Assembly: GCA_002503045.1 (NCBI GenBank) | Contig: DAQW01000056.1 | Span: forward strand, 575 to 41,036 | Direction of reading: 5' to 3' | DNA length: 40,462 nt | Origin: Euryarchaeota archaeon UBA39 | Lineage (GTDB): Archaea > Thermoplasmatota > Poseidoniia > Poseidoniales > Thalassarchaeaceae | Part shown: positions 27,113-36,580 of the stretch, piece by piece | Position numbering within the stretch: the stretch's first letter is position 1 | Layout: each line of letters starts with the position of its first letter | The notes under the pieces: generated by a model | Seen by the model: the letters and a program-made list of their open reading frames with translations, nothing else | What the model was told of the DNA's origin: nothing | The model's database searches: none | Position numbers and translations under genes: made by a program

Positions 27113-28861
27113 ATGCAGACGACGGAGGCGGCTCTAGACCCCGTCGAAAAGGCACTAGAGACATGGAATTCAAAACCAGATAAATTCGGTATTGGGATAA
27201 TCTTTGGTTGTATTATTCTAGGAGCATACTCTGCTTTCCCAGGTTTGCAAAATGGATTAAGTTCAGGATCTATTTTCCCATTATTATTCCTTGCAGGAGC
27301 CGCTTTATTAGTTTCAGAAATTATACAAAATGGGCCAGAACAACGTACCCGAATTGCTACAATTTCAGGATTAATTGGTCCTTTGCTTGCAATCGCAGGA
27401 ATTCAATCACTAACTAACCAAATAGAAAATTTCCATCAGATTGCAGGGGGAATTGGGTGGATTATTGCTGGAACCATTTTATTCAGTTGTAACGCATTTA
27501 TTTTACAGAATGAAGAAAATATTGGAGTGATCAGGTATAGGGCATTAACTCGATTAATGGGTATGGCAATTGCAACTGCTTGGATAATTTCAAATTCAAA
27601 AGATCATCTTCTAATTTACTTCTTATTTCCGATAATAATTTCATCTCTAATTTTCTCTTTAGATCTACGATTGGGGAAAAATGAACGAAAACTAAAACGA
27701 AAATTTTCTAATCGATATGATTCCATACAATTACGAATTCTTGAAGTCAGATCCTCTGGGGCAATCATTGATCAGTCTGCTTCTCTACTAAAAAGGGCAA
27801 ATGAAGTTGGATGGACAGATTTTACAGAAGGAATGAAATTATTAGATGCTGCAGAAGATGATATTGAACGTACACTATCTCTTTCTAAAGATATTACTGC
27901 TATAGAGGAAGATGCTGAAAAATCTGTAAATCTCTCAGAAGAAATCGCCCCTAGAACCGAACGAGCAAGGAAAGCAATGTTACAAGGAAAAAGAGAAGCT
28001 GAACTTGGAAGTTTAAGAGAGGCAGAACAATTATTCAGAATGGCTAAAGTTAGAGCATCAGATATTATCGAACATTGGAAAAATGCTGAAATTGTCTTAC
28101 AAAATGCTCAGGATGCAATTGTAGAGTTATCAGGCTCTGATTTAGAAAGAATTCAGTCATTAATGGATGCTGCAAATGATGCGATGGATAGAGAAAATCC
28201 TGGTGAAGCACTAATTATTGGAAAAGCAATACCGGGACATGTTGCTAATTTAGGAGAAGCAATGGATGCTGCAATTTCAAAGGTGGAAGAGGCCAAAGAA
28301 ATTCTATCAAAAACCGATGGATTAGATACATCAATTTGGGATGAGATGCAAGCAAACGCAGAAAAAGCACTGGACGAAGGTAATGGATCCATGGCAAGAG
28401 GGTTAGCTGATTCTATTATTCGAGAAATAACTGCAACAGAAGAAGCAAAGTCCTCGATGCAAAGAGCTCTGAGGCAAAGAAAAACGCTGCGAAAACGTTG
28501 GGAAGGACATCAACAAGAGAGTGAATGGGAAGAACGATTACAAGAGATTCTCAAACAAACAAAAAATGGTAAATGGAGAATTGCTCTTGAAAAAATGGAC
28601 GCTTTAACTTCAGATTTAGATGCTATGAATGCTGCAAAAGGTGATGCTGAAGAAATGTTAGAATTTATCGAAAAAGAATGGAAGACGATAAGAAATAAAC
28701 TAGAATCAGTAGGAATTGGACCGGAAGATCAAGAACGTCTCAACTGTGAGTCCTCAGTTTCAAAAGCAAGAAATTCATTAGAAAAAGGAGATATTGATTC
28801 CTGTCTGAAATCATTGGGAGATGCAGATGGAATTATGGAACGCCTAAGAAGAAGATTTTGA
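27113..28861 (+). CDS. Hypothetical membrane protein (about 6 TM) with long cytoplasmic helical/coiled-coil domain (start 27113 or 27089)
   Basis: Hydrophobic N-terminal third followed by ~370 aa rich in A/E/K/R/L; TTCATC box 30 nt before ATG 27113. Confidence 0.75.
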   Translation: MQTTEAALDPVEKALETWNSKPDKFGIGIIFGCIILGAYSAFPGLQNGLSSGSIFPLLFLAGAALLVSEIIQNGPEQRTRIATISGLIGPLLAIAGIQSLTNQIENFHQIAGGIGWIIAGTILFSCNAFILQNEENIGVIRYRALTRLMGMAIATAWIISNSKDHLLIYFLFPIIISSLIFSLDLRLGKNERKLKRKFSNRYDSIQLRILEVRSSGAIIDQSASLLKRANEVGWTDFTEGMKLLDAAEDDIERTLSLSKDITAIEEDAEKSVNLSEEIAPRTERARKAMLQGKREAELGSLREAEQLFRMAKVRASDIIEHWKNAEIVLQNAQDAIVELSGSDLERIQSLMDAANDAMDRENPGEALIIGKAIPGHVANLGEAMDAAISKVEEAKEILSKTDGLDTSIWDEMQANAEKALDEGNGSMARGLADSIIREITATEEAKSSMQRALRQRKTLRKRWEGHQQESEWEERLQEILKQTKNGKWRIALEKMDALTSDLDAMNAAKGDAEEMLEFIEKEWKTIRNKLESVGIGPEDQERLNCESSVSKARNSLEKGDIDSCLKSLGDADGIMERLRRRF

Positions 28862-29641
28862 TTAAATTTTGAAATCTGCAACTACAGGGGCATGATCTGA
28901 AACTTGCAGCCCACCTGCTCGAACTATCTTTGAACCTTGGAAACAATTTCTTGCTGCTTCATTGCCCAGAATGTAATCAATACGCCATCCTTTGTCTTCC
29001 TCTCTTGCCCTACCTCGATTTGACCACCAAGAATACGGCCCTTGAGTTGGGCCCCAATCCTCTCTACAAAGGTCATACCATCCTGAATCAAGAAGACGTC
29101 CGAACCATTCACGTTCTTGAGGAAGAAATCCAGAAGTCATACGATTTGATCTCGCATTCCAAATATCTATTTCTTGATGAGCAATATTTAGATCACCTGC
29201 AATTACTACAGGAAAATCTATTTTCAAATTTGGAGAAAGCCATGCAAGCCAGTCTTCCATCCATTTTTCCTTATATTGCTGACGATCATCTCTAGCAGAT
29301 CCACTGGGAAGATATGTATTGATACAACGAATTCCAGGATGTTCAGTGACCAGAATTCTACCCTCAATATCTGTAGGATCTTCAGCTCTTTCCATTCCTT
29401 TCCCTAATATCTCCATTTCAATCTTGGACCATGTTGAGACTCCTGAATACCCTTTCTTTTCGGCAGGGTGCCAGACTAACTCAAATCCCTTGGGTGGAAC
29501 CCAATTAGAAGGAAGTTGTTCAGGGAAGGCTCGGACTTCTTGAAACATCCAAATATCTGCATCTATAGTCTCTATGAAATCATCTAATCCTTTCCGAATA
29601 GCTGCACGAATCCCATTAAGATTCCAAGAAACAATTCTCAT
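28862..29641 (-). CDS. xth: Exodeoxyribonuclease III / AP endonuclease
   Basis: SWNLNGIRA, QEV, KGYSGV, EGR, YLPSG, GDLNIAH, SGFLP.ER, YSWWS.R, GWRIDY, SDHAP. Confidence 0.95.
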   Translation of the reverse strand: MRIVSWNLNGIRAAIRKGLDDFIETIDADIWMFQEVRAFPEQLPSNWVPPKGFELVWHPAEKKGYSGVSTWSKIEMEILGKGMERAEDPTDIEGRILVTEHPGIRCINTYLPSGSARDDRQQYKEKWMEDWLAWLSPNLKIDFPVVIAGDLNIAHQEIDIWNARSNRMTSGFLPQEREWFGRLLDSGWYDLCREDWGPTQGPYSWWSNRGRAREEDKGWRIDYILGNEAARNCFQGSKIVRAGGLQVSDHAPVVADFKI

Positions 29642-29645
29642 AACC

Positions 29646-30659
29646 TTAGGCCTCTAAATCTTCAGACCAATTTCCAAATCGTGCTAGATGAGCCATTTGA
29701 CATCTATGGGCAAAGACAGAGTGTGCAATAGATAGATCATCTTGATTTTCAGCCCATGTCTTGAGAGTAGATGCTTGCAATGCTCTACCATAAGAATATG
29801 ATAATTCAAAGGGATGTGGCCCCATATTATTCATTTCATTAAGATGAGCAGTCGCTTCTACCTCAGTCTGGCCTCCTGACAAGAACACAATTCCAGGAAT
29901 TTGGTGTGGAACATGATTGTGAAGAAGATCTATTGTCATTTTAGCACATGTTTTTACATCAATTCTTTGAGAATGATCGTTTCCTGGAAGTATCATATTT
30001 GGCTTCAATAAAGCCCCTGGAAGATAGACGCCCTGGGTTTCACAAGCCGCCCAAGTAGCATCTAAAACTGCAGAGGTTACCTCAAAACAACGCTTAGCTG
30101 AGTGATTACCTTCCATCAACACTTCTGGCTCAATAATTGGAACCAAGCCTTGTTCTTGACAAATAGCAGAATATCGGGCAAGAGAGTGAGCATTCGTAGA
30201 AATGCAAGCTTCAGAAGGTAGGCCTTCTCCAATTCTAATCACTGCACGCCATTTTGCAAATCTGGCTCCCATGCTAAAATATTCGGCACATCTTTCCCTT
30301 AAGCCATCTAGACCTTCGGTAACGGTTTCATTTTCATGGGCTGCTAAAGGCTTTGCACCAGTATCTACTTTAATTCCTGGAAGTACCCCTATAGAATGTA
30401 AAAAATCTGGAATAGAGGTCCCATCAACTGCTGTTTGTCGAATTGTTTCATCATACAGAATTACTCCACTGATTGCATCTGCCATGGTAGGCATTGCAAA
30501 CAAGTTTGCTCTGTATGCATTTCTGGACTCAGGAGAAGAAGAGACTCCCACTCCTTCAAGCCTTTTTGACATAGTTCCATTACTCTCATCTGCGGCTAGA
30601 ATCCCCCTACCTGGACTTACGAGGTAATTCGCAGTCTGTTCCAACAAGTCAGTATCCAT
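29646..30659 (-). CDS. fba: Class I fructose-bisphosphate aldolase, eukaryote-like 'glycolytic' family (start 30659; TTG 30674 possible)
   Basis: GILAADES, GIKVD.G, EGLDGL.ER, FAKWRAV, VPIIEPEV, Schiff-base LLKPNM, FLSGGQ, SYGRALQ. Confidence 0.93.
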   Translation of the reverse strand: MDTDLLEQTANYLVSPGRGILAADESNGTMSKRLEGVGVSSSPESRNAYRANLFAMPTMADAISGVILYDETIRQTAVDGTSIPDFLHSIGVLPGIKVDTGAKPLAAHENETVTEGLDGLRERCAEYFSMGARFAKWRAVIRIGEGLPSEACISTNAHSLARYSAICQEQGLVPIIEPEVLMEGNHSAKRCFEVTSAVLDATWAACETQGVYLPGALLKPNMILPGNDHSQRIDVKTCAKMTIDLLHNHVPHQIPGIVFLSGGQTEVEATAHLNEMNNMGPHPFELSYSYGRALQASTLKTWAENQDDLSIAHSVFAHRCQMAHLARFGNWSEDLEA

Positions 30660-30706
30660 GTTACGTGCACTCAAAATGGGTCCTTGAAAGGTTCGACGAG
30701 ATACAG

Positions 30707-31660
30707 TCAGATTGGATATGAACGTGAAGTCTGAGTTCTGTTCCTCTTTTTGACATCAATAATTTCGCTATGGACTTCAGCATGACCATTACTAAAATTA
30801 ACTCCTGGAAGATATCCAGAACAAACGCCACTTGCTACGAAAATTGAATCATCAGACATGCATAAATCATTTCTTTGCCAAATACGTTCTATGTCTCCAT
30901 CAATCATTTCCTCTGCTCTCTCTCTATGTCCTTCATTTCGAAATACTAGTTTACCTTCAAAGTGAGCACCCAAGCCTCGAAGGGCTGTTGCAGTAATTAC
31001 TCCTTCAGGTGCTGCTCCAACACCCATCAAAAGATCAACTTCTGATTCAGGATTCGCAGCATCCAATGCAGCAGAAACATCGCCATCACCAATTAAGCGA
31101 ATGCGTACATCTAATTCTCTAAGTTCTTTAATCAAATTCTCGTGTCTGGGACGATCCATAACTACTGCTAAAATATCTCTAATTGGTTTATCTAATGCGG
31201 ATGCTGCTTCTTCAATATTGTAAGAAACATCTGCTTCAAGTGAAAGTCTACCACATAATTCTGCAGGACCGGCTATTTTGTCCATATAACAATCAGGAGC
31301 ATGAAGTAATGTTCCTCGAGGCGCTGCTGCGAGAACTGCGATTGCATTTGGGGAATCTTTAGCACAATGATTGGTACATTCAAGAGGGTCTACAGCAATA
31401 TCAATTCTTAATGCCCCGGGATCGTCTTGTCGATTCCCTAGAGGTTCTCCAATCCACAACATTGGTGCATCATCTCGTTCACCTTCACCAATTGCAACTC
31501 GGCCATCAAATGGTACATCGTCGAAAACTGCCCTCATGGCTTCAACTGCTGCCCCATCAGCAAGTTTTCCCTCACCTCTACCTCTCCATTTAGCAGCTGC
31601 AATTGCCGCTTTTTCGGTCGCTAAAAGAAATGACTCTGCTAGATCTGCAGTACCTGCCAT
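30707..31660 (-). CDS. glpX: Class II fructose-1,6-bisphosphatase (GlpX)
   Basis: ATEKAAIAA, ADGAAVEAMR, IGEGERD.APML, DIAVDPLECT, APDCYMDK, MDRPRH, DGDV, APEGV. Confidence 0.94.
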   Translation of the reverse strand: MAGTADLAESFLLATEKAAIAAAKWRGRGEGKLADGAAVEAMRAVFDDVPFDGRVAIGEGERDDAPMLWIGEPLGNRQDDPGALRIDIAVDPLECTNHCAKDSPNAIAVLAAAPRGTLLHAPDCYMDKIAGPAELCGRLSLEADVSYNIEEAASALDKPIRDILAVVMDRPRHENLIKELRELDVRIRLIGDGDVSAALDAANPESEVDLLMGVGAAPEGVITATALRGLGAHFEGKLVFRNEGHRERAEEMIDGDIERIWQRNDLCMSDDSIFVASGVCSGYLPGVNFSNGHAEVHSEIIDVKKRNRTQTSRSYPI

Positions 31661-31685
31661 GATTGATACGAGATGAAGCCAGTGT

Positions 31686-32144
31686 CTAAACATGACCATT
31701 GGCTTTTTTCTTTTGAACAACTCTAATACCGTGGATTTCAGTTTTAGGATATTGTCCAAAATCATCTTTTTCGATTGATTTTACCATATCTAAGACACAA
31801 AGAAGTCCTACTGAAACTGAATTCAATGCTTCCATTTCTACTCCTGTTTTCCAATGAGCTGAAACAGTCACATTACAAATCAAATCATTCTCATCCCAAA
31901 CCCATTCTACAGAACATGATTCCAGAGGAATGGGGTGGCAATGTGGGATTGCACGAGGTGTCTCTTTAGCAGCTTGAATTGCTGCAATCGTACTCGCTTC
32001 AAGCACATCTCCTTTCTGAACTTTTTTTGTAATAATTGCATTTTTTGATTCAGAGGACATAGAAAGGCGTCCTGTAGCAACTGCAACCCTTTCGACAATT
32101 GGTTTATGCCCTATAGAAATAATAGCGTCTGTCCGTTTATTCAA
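31686..32144 (-). CDS. moaC: Cyclic pyranopterin monophosphate synthase (TTG start coupled to the moaE stop)
   Basis: R.AVATG, KGDVL, AAK.T...IPHCHP, KTGVEMEAL, DMVKS.EK. Confidence 0.92.
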   Translation of the reverse strand: MNKRTDAIISIGHKPIVERVAVATGRLSMSSESKNAIITKKVQKGDVLEASTIAAIQAAKETPRAIPHCHPIPLESCSVEWVWDENDLICNVTVSAHWKTGVEMEALNSVSVGLLCVLDMVKSIEKDDFGQYPKTEIHGIRVVQKKKANGHV

Positions 32145-32566
32145 CCCAATCCCTCCTTCCAATGAGCTCCGTCTTCGCGATTCTCTTTCTTCCAAAGAGG
32201 TGCTTGGGATTTGAGGGAATCGATTAACCATGAACATGCCTGAAATGCCTCTTTTCGGTGTCTTGAAGCAACATGTATTGCTACAATTGGTTCTTCAGGC
32301 CCCACATTACCAACTCTATGAGCTATTGCCACAGATGAAACACCAAATTCTTCCAAAGACCTTTTGGCTAAATCTTCTAAAACTTTAGGCAACTGTTCTT
32401 CCCATGCATCAAAATCAAGAGAATAAACTTTGATTCCATCTTCTTCCCCCCTAGTTAATCCAGTAAACGAAACTACGGCACCAGAACCTGAAACTTCTAA
32501 CTTCTTAAGAAGTTGATTTGGATCAAGATTTTCGGACTCAATCCGGACTGTCACCCTTTCTCCCAT
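32141..32566 (-). CDS. moaE: Molybdopterin synthase catalytic subunit
   Basis: GAVVSFTG.TR, HRVG, S.HRKEAF.AC...ID.LK..APLWKKE. Confidence 0.93.
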   Translation of the reverse strand: MGERVTVRIESENLDPNQLLKKLEVSGSGAVVSFTGLTRGEEDGIKVYSLDFDAWEEQLPKVLEDLAKRSLEEFGVSSVAIAHRVGNVGPEEPIVAIHVASRHRKEAFQACSWLIDSLKSQAPLWKKENREDGAHWKEGLG

Positions 32567-32649
32567 TGATGATGCATAGATTGGGAGGACCATGAGCGCT
32601 TCGGAGGATTCATGTCTCCGATAGTAAGTGGATGGATGAGGACAGATAC

Positions 32650-33882
32650 ATGACTGATGATGAAGTCGTGCGCATTCGAGGAGCCGGATTATCGGGCCTT
32701 GCTGCGGCTACAATTCTAGCAAAGGCTGGAAAAAAGGTAGAAGTTCATGACATTAGAGGGGATTCAGGTGCTCGATTTGATGGTGATTTTCAAGGACTTG
32801 AAAATTGGACCTCTTCAAATGATTTTTTTGATGAAATGCGTGCTTGGGGTCTTGATCCTGAAGCCTTCAAATCCAATGAATTTCAGGAATTATCATTAAT
32901 CCATCCTGATAATATAGTTACAGTTGCAAAAAGCCACAAAATCGCATATAGAATAGTTGAAAGAGGAACTGATGAACATTGTATCGATCAAGGATTTAAG
33001 CGAATGGCTTTAGAAGCAGGGGCTACTATCCACTATAAATCAAAAATTTCACCCGAAGAATGTACAATTATTGCAGCAGGTCCAAAGGATACCAGTGCTA
33101 TTGCTTTTGGTGAAGTTTTCAAAACCTCATATCCAAACCATGTAGCCTTCCAACTTAATGATAAATTAGCTCCAGGAGCGTATTCTTATCTCATCATTAT
33201 TGATGGAGTTGGATTAATTTGCACATGTCTTTGGAGAAAACAAAAAAATTCAAATCGTTATCTGAATGAAACAATTGCTTGGTACGAAAATGCCTACCCT
33301 GAATTAGATCGAGAACCAATTAAACGTGTGGGCGGAAAGGGGGATTTCAGTATCCCATCAACCTATTTTTCTAATGGCCAATATTTTGTCGGCGAAGCTG
33401 GAGGACTTCAAGACTTCATGTGGGGATTTGGGATGAGATATGCCATAACCAGTGGAGTTATGGCAGCAAATTCAATATTATCTGGTTCAGATTACGATGC
33501 AGAAATAAAGAAAAAACTACTTCCGTTAATCAAATTAAGTGCCACTAATCGAATGTTACTTGATCGAATTGGAGATAGAGGTTTCAAATGGTTAGCTAAT
33601 TACTGGATGAAACATCAACGAAAAAATGGAGGTAATGGATTGCTTTTCATGGAACAAATATATCGTCCAGGAATAATCAGAAGAGTGCTTTGGCCCTTTA
33701 CCAACAGAATTCTACTAAAGAAAACCAAATATTCTGACGGAAGGAAGGGAAGAAGAATGCCTTTCAGAAAAGCATTGAAGAGAGATAAATGGGAAATGAG
33801 TAAACGTGGCAAAGAAATATCAGAAGAATGGAAAGAAATCCGTTCATCTGGGGGTAAAGTTTCGTTCTCAGAATCTGACTGA
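32650..33882 (+). CDS. FAD-dependent oxidoreductase, geranylgeranyl reductase-like (start 32650 or 32632)
   Basis: GAGLSGLAAA Rossmann motif, APGAYSY, VGEAGGLQD..WGFGMRYA..SG. Confidence 0.8.
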   Translation: MTDDEVVRIRGAGLSGLAAATILAKAGKKVEVHDIRGDSGARFDGDFQGLENWTSSNDFFDEMRAWGLDPEAFKSNEFQELSLIHPDNIVTVAKSHKIAYRIVERGTDEHCIDQGFKRMALEAGATIHYKSKISPEECTIIAAGPKDTSAIAFGEVFKTSYPNHVAFQLNDKLAPGAYSYLIIIDGVGLICTCLWRKQKNSNRYLNETIAWYENAYPELDREPIKRVGGKGDFSIPSTYFSNGQYFVGEAGGLQDFMWGFGMRYAITSGVMAANSILSGSDYDAEIKKKLLPLIKLSATNRMLLDRIGDRGFKWLANYWMKHQRKNGGNGLLFMEQIYRPGIIRRVLWPFTNRILLKKTKYSDGRKGRRMPFRKALKRDKWEMSKRGKEISEEWKEIRSSGGKVSFSESD

Positions 33883-33924
33883 TAGTGTACTCAAGTTCTT
33901 ATGCCACGTTCCTATGCGTGGTTC

Positions 33925-34785
33925 ATGTCCGACTGGCCTGAACTTAAACCGATGAAGAATCGACTCGTGAATTACGGTGTTTCCGATAATGGTGTTGCTA
34001 TCATAGAACTCATTTCTGACTCCGATGGTGAACCTTTGGAAGGTGACAAAACTTCTGTCAATACTTACACTAGAGAAATGTGGCACGACATCGATGAAGC
34101 GATACTTAGTGCCCGCTTTGATGATGATGTTTCAGTAATTTTACTTACAGGGCATGGGGACAAATTTTTCTCTGCAGGAGCCAGCATCAAATATCTGAAT
34201 AAGCTAACACCAAGATACAAGTATTTCTTCTGTCTTCATGCCAATGAAACTCTATCTCGTCTTGAACAAACACCAAAATTAGTCATTGCAGCTTTGAATG
34301 GCCATACAGTAGGTGGTGGACTAGAAATTGCTATGGCAGCAGATATCAGAATTGGAAGAAAGGGGAACTTCCAAGTTGGTCTTCCTGAAGTATCTCTTGG
34401 AGTTCTTGCAGGTACAGGAGGGACTGCCAGATTGTCTCGTCTTGTAGGAAAAGCCAAGGCAATGGAAATTATGGTAACAGGAAGAAAGTTCTCATTTGAA
34501 GAATCAAAAGAAATGGATCTTGTTCATGATATATATGATTCAATGAGTCTGGAAGATTTTCGTCAAGATGTTCTAGATTATGCGGGAAGATTCACACTAC
34601 CTTTTGCAGCAGCCAAAGCCATTGGAAACATCAAGAGAAGTGTTCAAAGTGGACTAGAAATACCTTTGGAATATCACCTTGCATTAGAACGTGAATTACA
34701 ATCAGATCTTTTCCAGTCTAATGATGCCAAAATTGGAATTGCTGCTTATGTCGATAAAAAGACACCACGATTTGAAGGAAACTAA
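33925..34785 (+). CDS. Crotonase-family enzyme; candidate short BoxC-type ring-cleaving hydrolase
   Basis: FFSAGA, GHTVGGGLEIAMAAD.R, GLPEV.LGVL.GTGGT.RL; directly upstream of boxB. Confidence 0.8.
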   Translation: MSDWPELKPMKNRLVNYGVSDNGVAIIELISDSDGEPLEGDKTSVNTYTREMWHDIDEAILSARFDDDVSVILLTGHGDKFFSAGASIKYLNKLTPRYKYFFCLHANETLSRLEQTPKLVIAALNGHTVGGGLEIAMAADIRIGRKGNFQVGLPEVSLGVLAGTGGTARLSRLVGKAKAMEIMVTGRKFSFEESKEMDLVHDIYDSMSLEDFRQDVLDYAGRFTLPFAAAKAIGNIKRSVQSGLEIPLEYHLALERELQSDLFQSNDAKIGIAAYVDKKTPRFEGN

Positions 34786-34857
34786 TGACAACGACAGCCA
34801 GTACGCCATTATTGGCTTTGACTGATGTTGATATACCACCGTTCATTCGGGTCATTC

Positions 34858-36003
34858 ATGAGTACCACTGAGATTGTTGAAAAGTACCATCCGAATTTCG
34901 AAGGATGGATTCAAGAGTTCCAAGAATGGCAGACAAGAATTGGTTTTGATCCCGCTTGGCTTGGAGATTATCGGTTTGAAATACGATTTGATTGGGATTC
35001 AGCTGGAGATGAAATTGAATTCGGTGACTTCAGTGGAATGCCAAAATGGAAGAGAAGAATGCAAATTCCTCAACAGAACATTATCGATGCTATTCTAACA
35101 ATGGTTAGTGTTCAAGGAGATACAGAATTTGCTTCTGTTGAACAACAAAACCATCTTCTTGCAACCGCGCCTACTGAGTATGATAGAAAATCTGCTCTTA
35201 GAATAATGTGTGAAGAACAAAGACATGGATGGCAAATGGCTTACTTACTCTGTACATATTTCGGAGAACAAGGAATGAGAGAGGCCGCAAAATTACTAGA
35301 AAGAAATGCTCAAGATGGTACACGATTACTAGGGTCTTTCAATGCACCAATTGATCACTGGCTTGATTTCTTCTGTTTTACTCATTTCATCGATAGAGAT
35401 GGGAAATTCCAATTGAAGATGTTGTCAACCAGTTCATTCCAACCATTAGCTGCTTCAATGGGGCCAATGCTGAAAGAAGAGTCATTCCATTTAGGAACTG
35501 GAGCGAACGGGTTGAGACGTATTGTCAAAGCTGGAGTCATTCCTCTTGATTTCCTTCAGAAATATATCAACAAATGGGTTAGCACTGGTCTGGATTTATT
35601 TGGAACTGATGAGTCAACTTCAGCTGAGTGGGCATATGTGTACGGTGTAAAAGGAAGATATGATGAACGTGAATCTGAAATGGATGCTGATAGAGAACAT
35701 CTGAATGAAGCAAGTAGAGGCTTGTATTTTGATGAGTTAAAGGCTGAAATGGTTCGAATTAGTAAAGGACGTAAAGAAGGAGAACCTGAACTCTTCATCC
35801 CATCTGATAAGTTTAATCGTGGAATAGGGATGTATGCAGGTAAACGCTACACAGTAAAAGGCGATCCATTCGAAGGTTCAGATGGGGAATGGGACGAATA
35901 TCTTGCGGGAATCCTACCCAGTGATGCTGATGAAAAATTATTGATGGATGAATACATGGCTCCTGGTGTAGAATGGATTCAATATCGAGAATGGAGAGAA
36001 TAA
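34858..36003 (+). CDS. boxB: Benzoyl-CoA 2,3-epoxidase diiron subunit (BoxB-like)
   Basis: VQGDTE.ASVEQQ, EE.RH.WQM.YLL, R.LG.FN, DRDGKFQL, ML.EE.FH, LDLFG and G.KGRY motifs; two ExxH diiron sites. Confidence 0.85.
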   Translation: MSTTEIVEKYHPNFEGWIQEFQEWQTRIGFDPAWLGDYRFEIRFDWDSAGDEIEFGDFSGMPKWKRRMQIPQQNIIDAILTMVSVQGDTEFASVEQQNHLLATAPTEYDRKSALRIMCEEQRHGWQMAYLLCTYFGEQGMREAAKLLERNAQDGTRLLGSFNAPIDHWLDFFCFTHFIDRDGKFQLKMLSTSSFQPLAASMGPMLKEESFHLGTGANGLRRIVKAGVIPLDFLQKYINKWVSTGLDLFGTDESTSAEWAYVYGVKGRYDERESEMDADREHLNEASRGLYFDELKAEMVRISKGRKEGEPELFIPSDKFNRGIGMYAGKRYTVKGDPFEGSDGEWDEYLAGILPSDADEKLLMDEYMAPGVEWIQYREWRE

Positions 36004-36018
36004 TTGGAGTTGCGAAAA

Positions 36019-36579
36019 ATGCAAACTCTTGCTTTACTTGCTGTAGATAAAGAAAAACTTAGGCCCTTTTTCTCTAGAGTACCAGAATTATTTGAACAGC
36101 ATCACCATGATTCAGGACAAAAACCCGAGATGTATGAGGAACTATTGTACAAGGTACATCGCCCATATACAAACGACATGCTGGATATGATTGACGACTG
36201 GATGGGTCTAGAAAGAAGAAATATTTCTGGTGAACAGGAAATCATGCTCAGACTTTTCCTTCTTGCAATTCGTTACCCTGATACTCTTCTTTTTGATAGC
36301 CTCGATGATATTTTAGTTAATGATGTCAGAAGGCTTTCGGCATATCTCCATTTTAGTAGCCACACATATACAATTTGGGACAATGATACGCGGAAAGGAT
36401 TAGCGAAATTAGGATTTGAGATTCCTGATACCGATAAAGCAGATCCTTTCATTTATGGCGCATATGTTGGAACTATTGAACTAATCAAGGATTTAGCTCC
36501 CTTCACATGTTTCCTAGAACACGATGTCCCTAGGCAAAGACTCTTCCAAGCGGCATTGGCAGCTTACGGAAGGGAATGA
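36019..36579 (+). CDS. Hypothetical protein (start 36019; TTG 36004 possible)
   Basis: Fills the gap between boxB and the dehydrogenase on the same strand. Confidence 0.7.
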   Translation: MQTLALLAVDKEKLRPFFSRVPELFEQHHHDSGQKPEMYEELLYKVHRPYTNDMLDMIDDWMGLERRNISGEQEIMLRLFLLAIRYPDTLLFDSLDDILVNDVRRLSAYLHFSSHTYTIWDNDTRKGLAKLGFEIPDTDKADPFIYGAYVGTIELIKDLAPFTCFLEHDVPRQRLFQAALAAYGRE

Positions 36580-36580
36580 A

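Noticed and set aside
31661..32237. Extended starts for glpX (31765) and moaC (32237)
   Set aside because: They overlap upstream genes; ATG 31660 and the coupled TTG 32144 fit family lengths.
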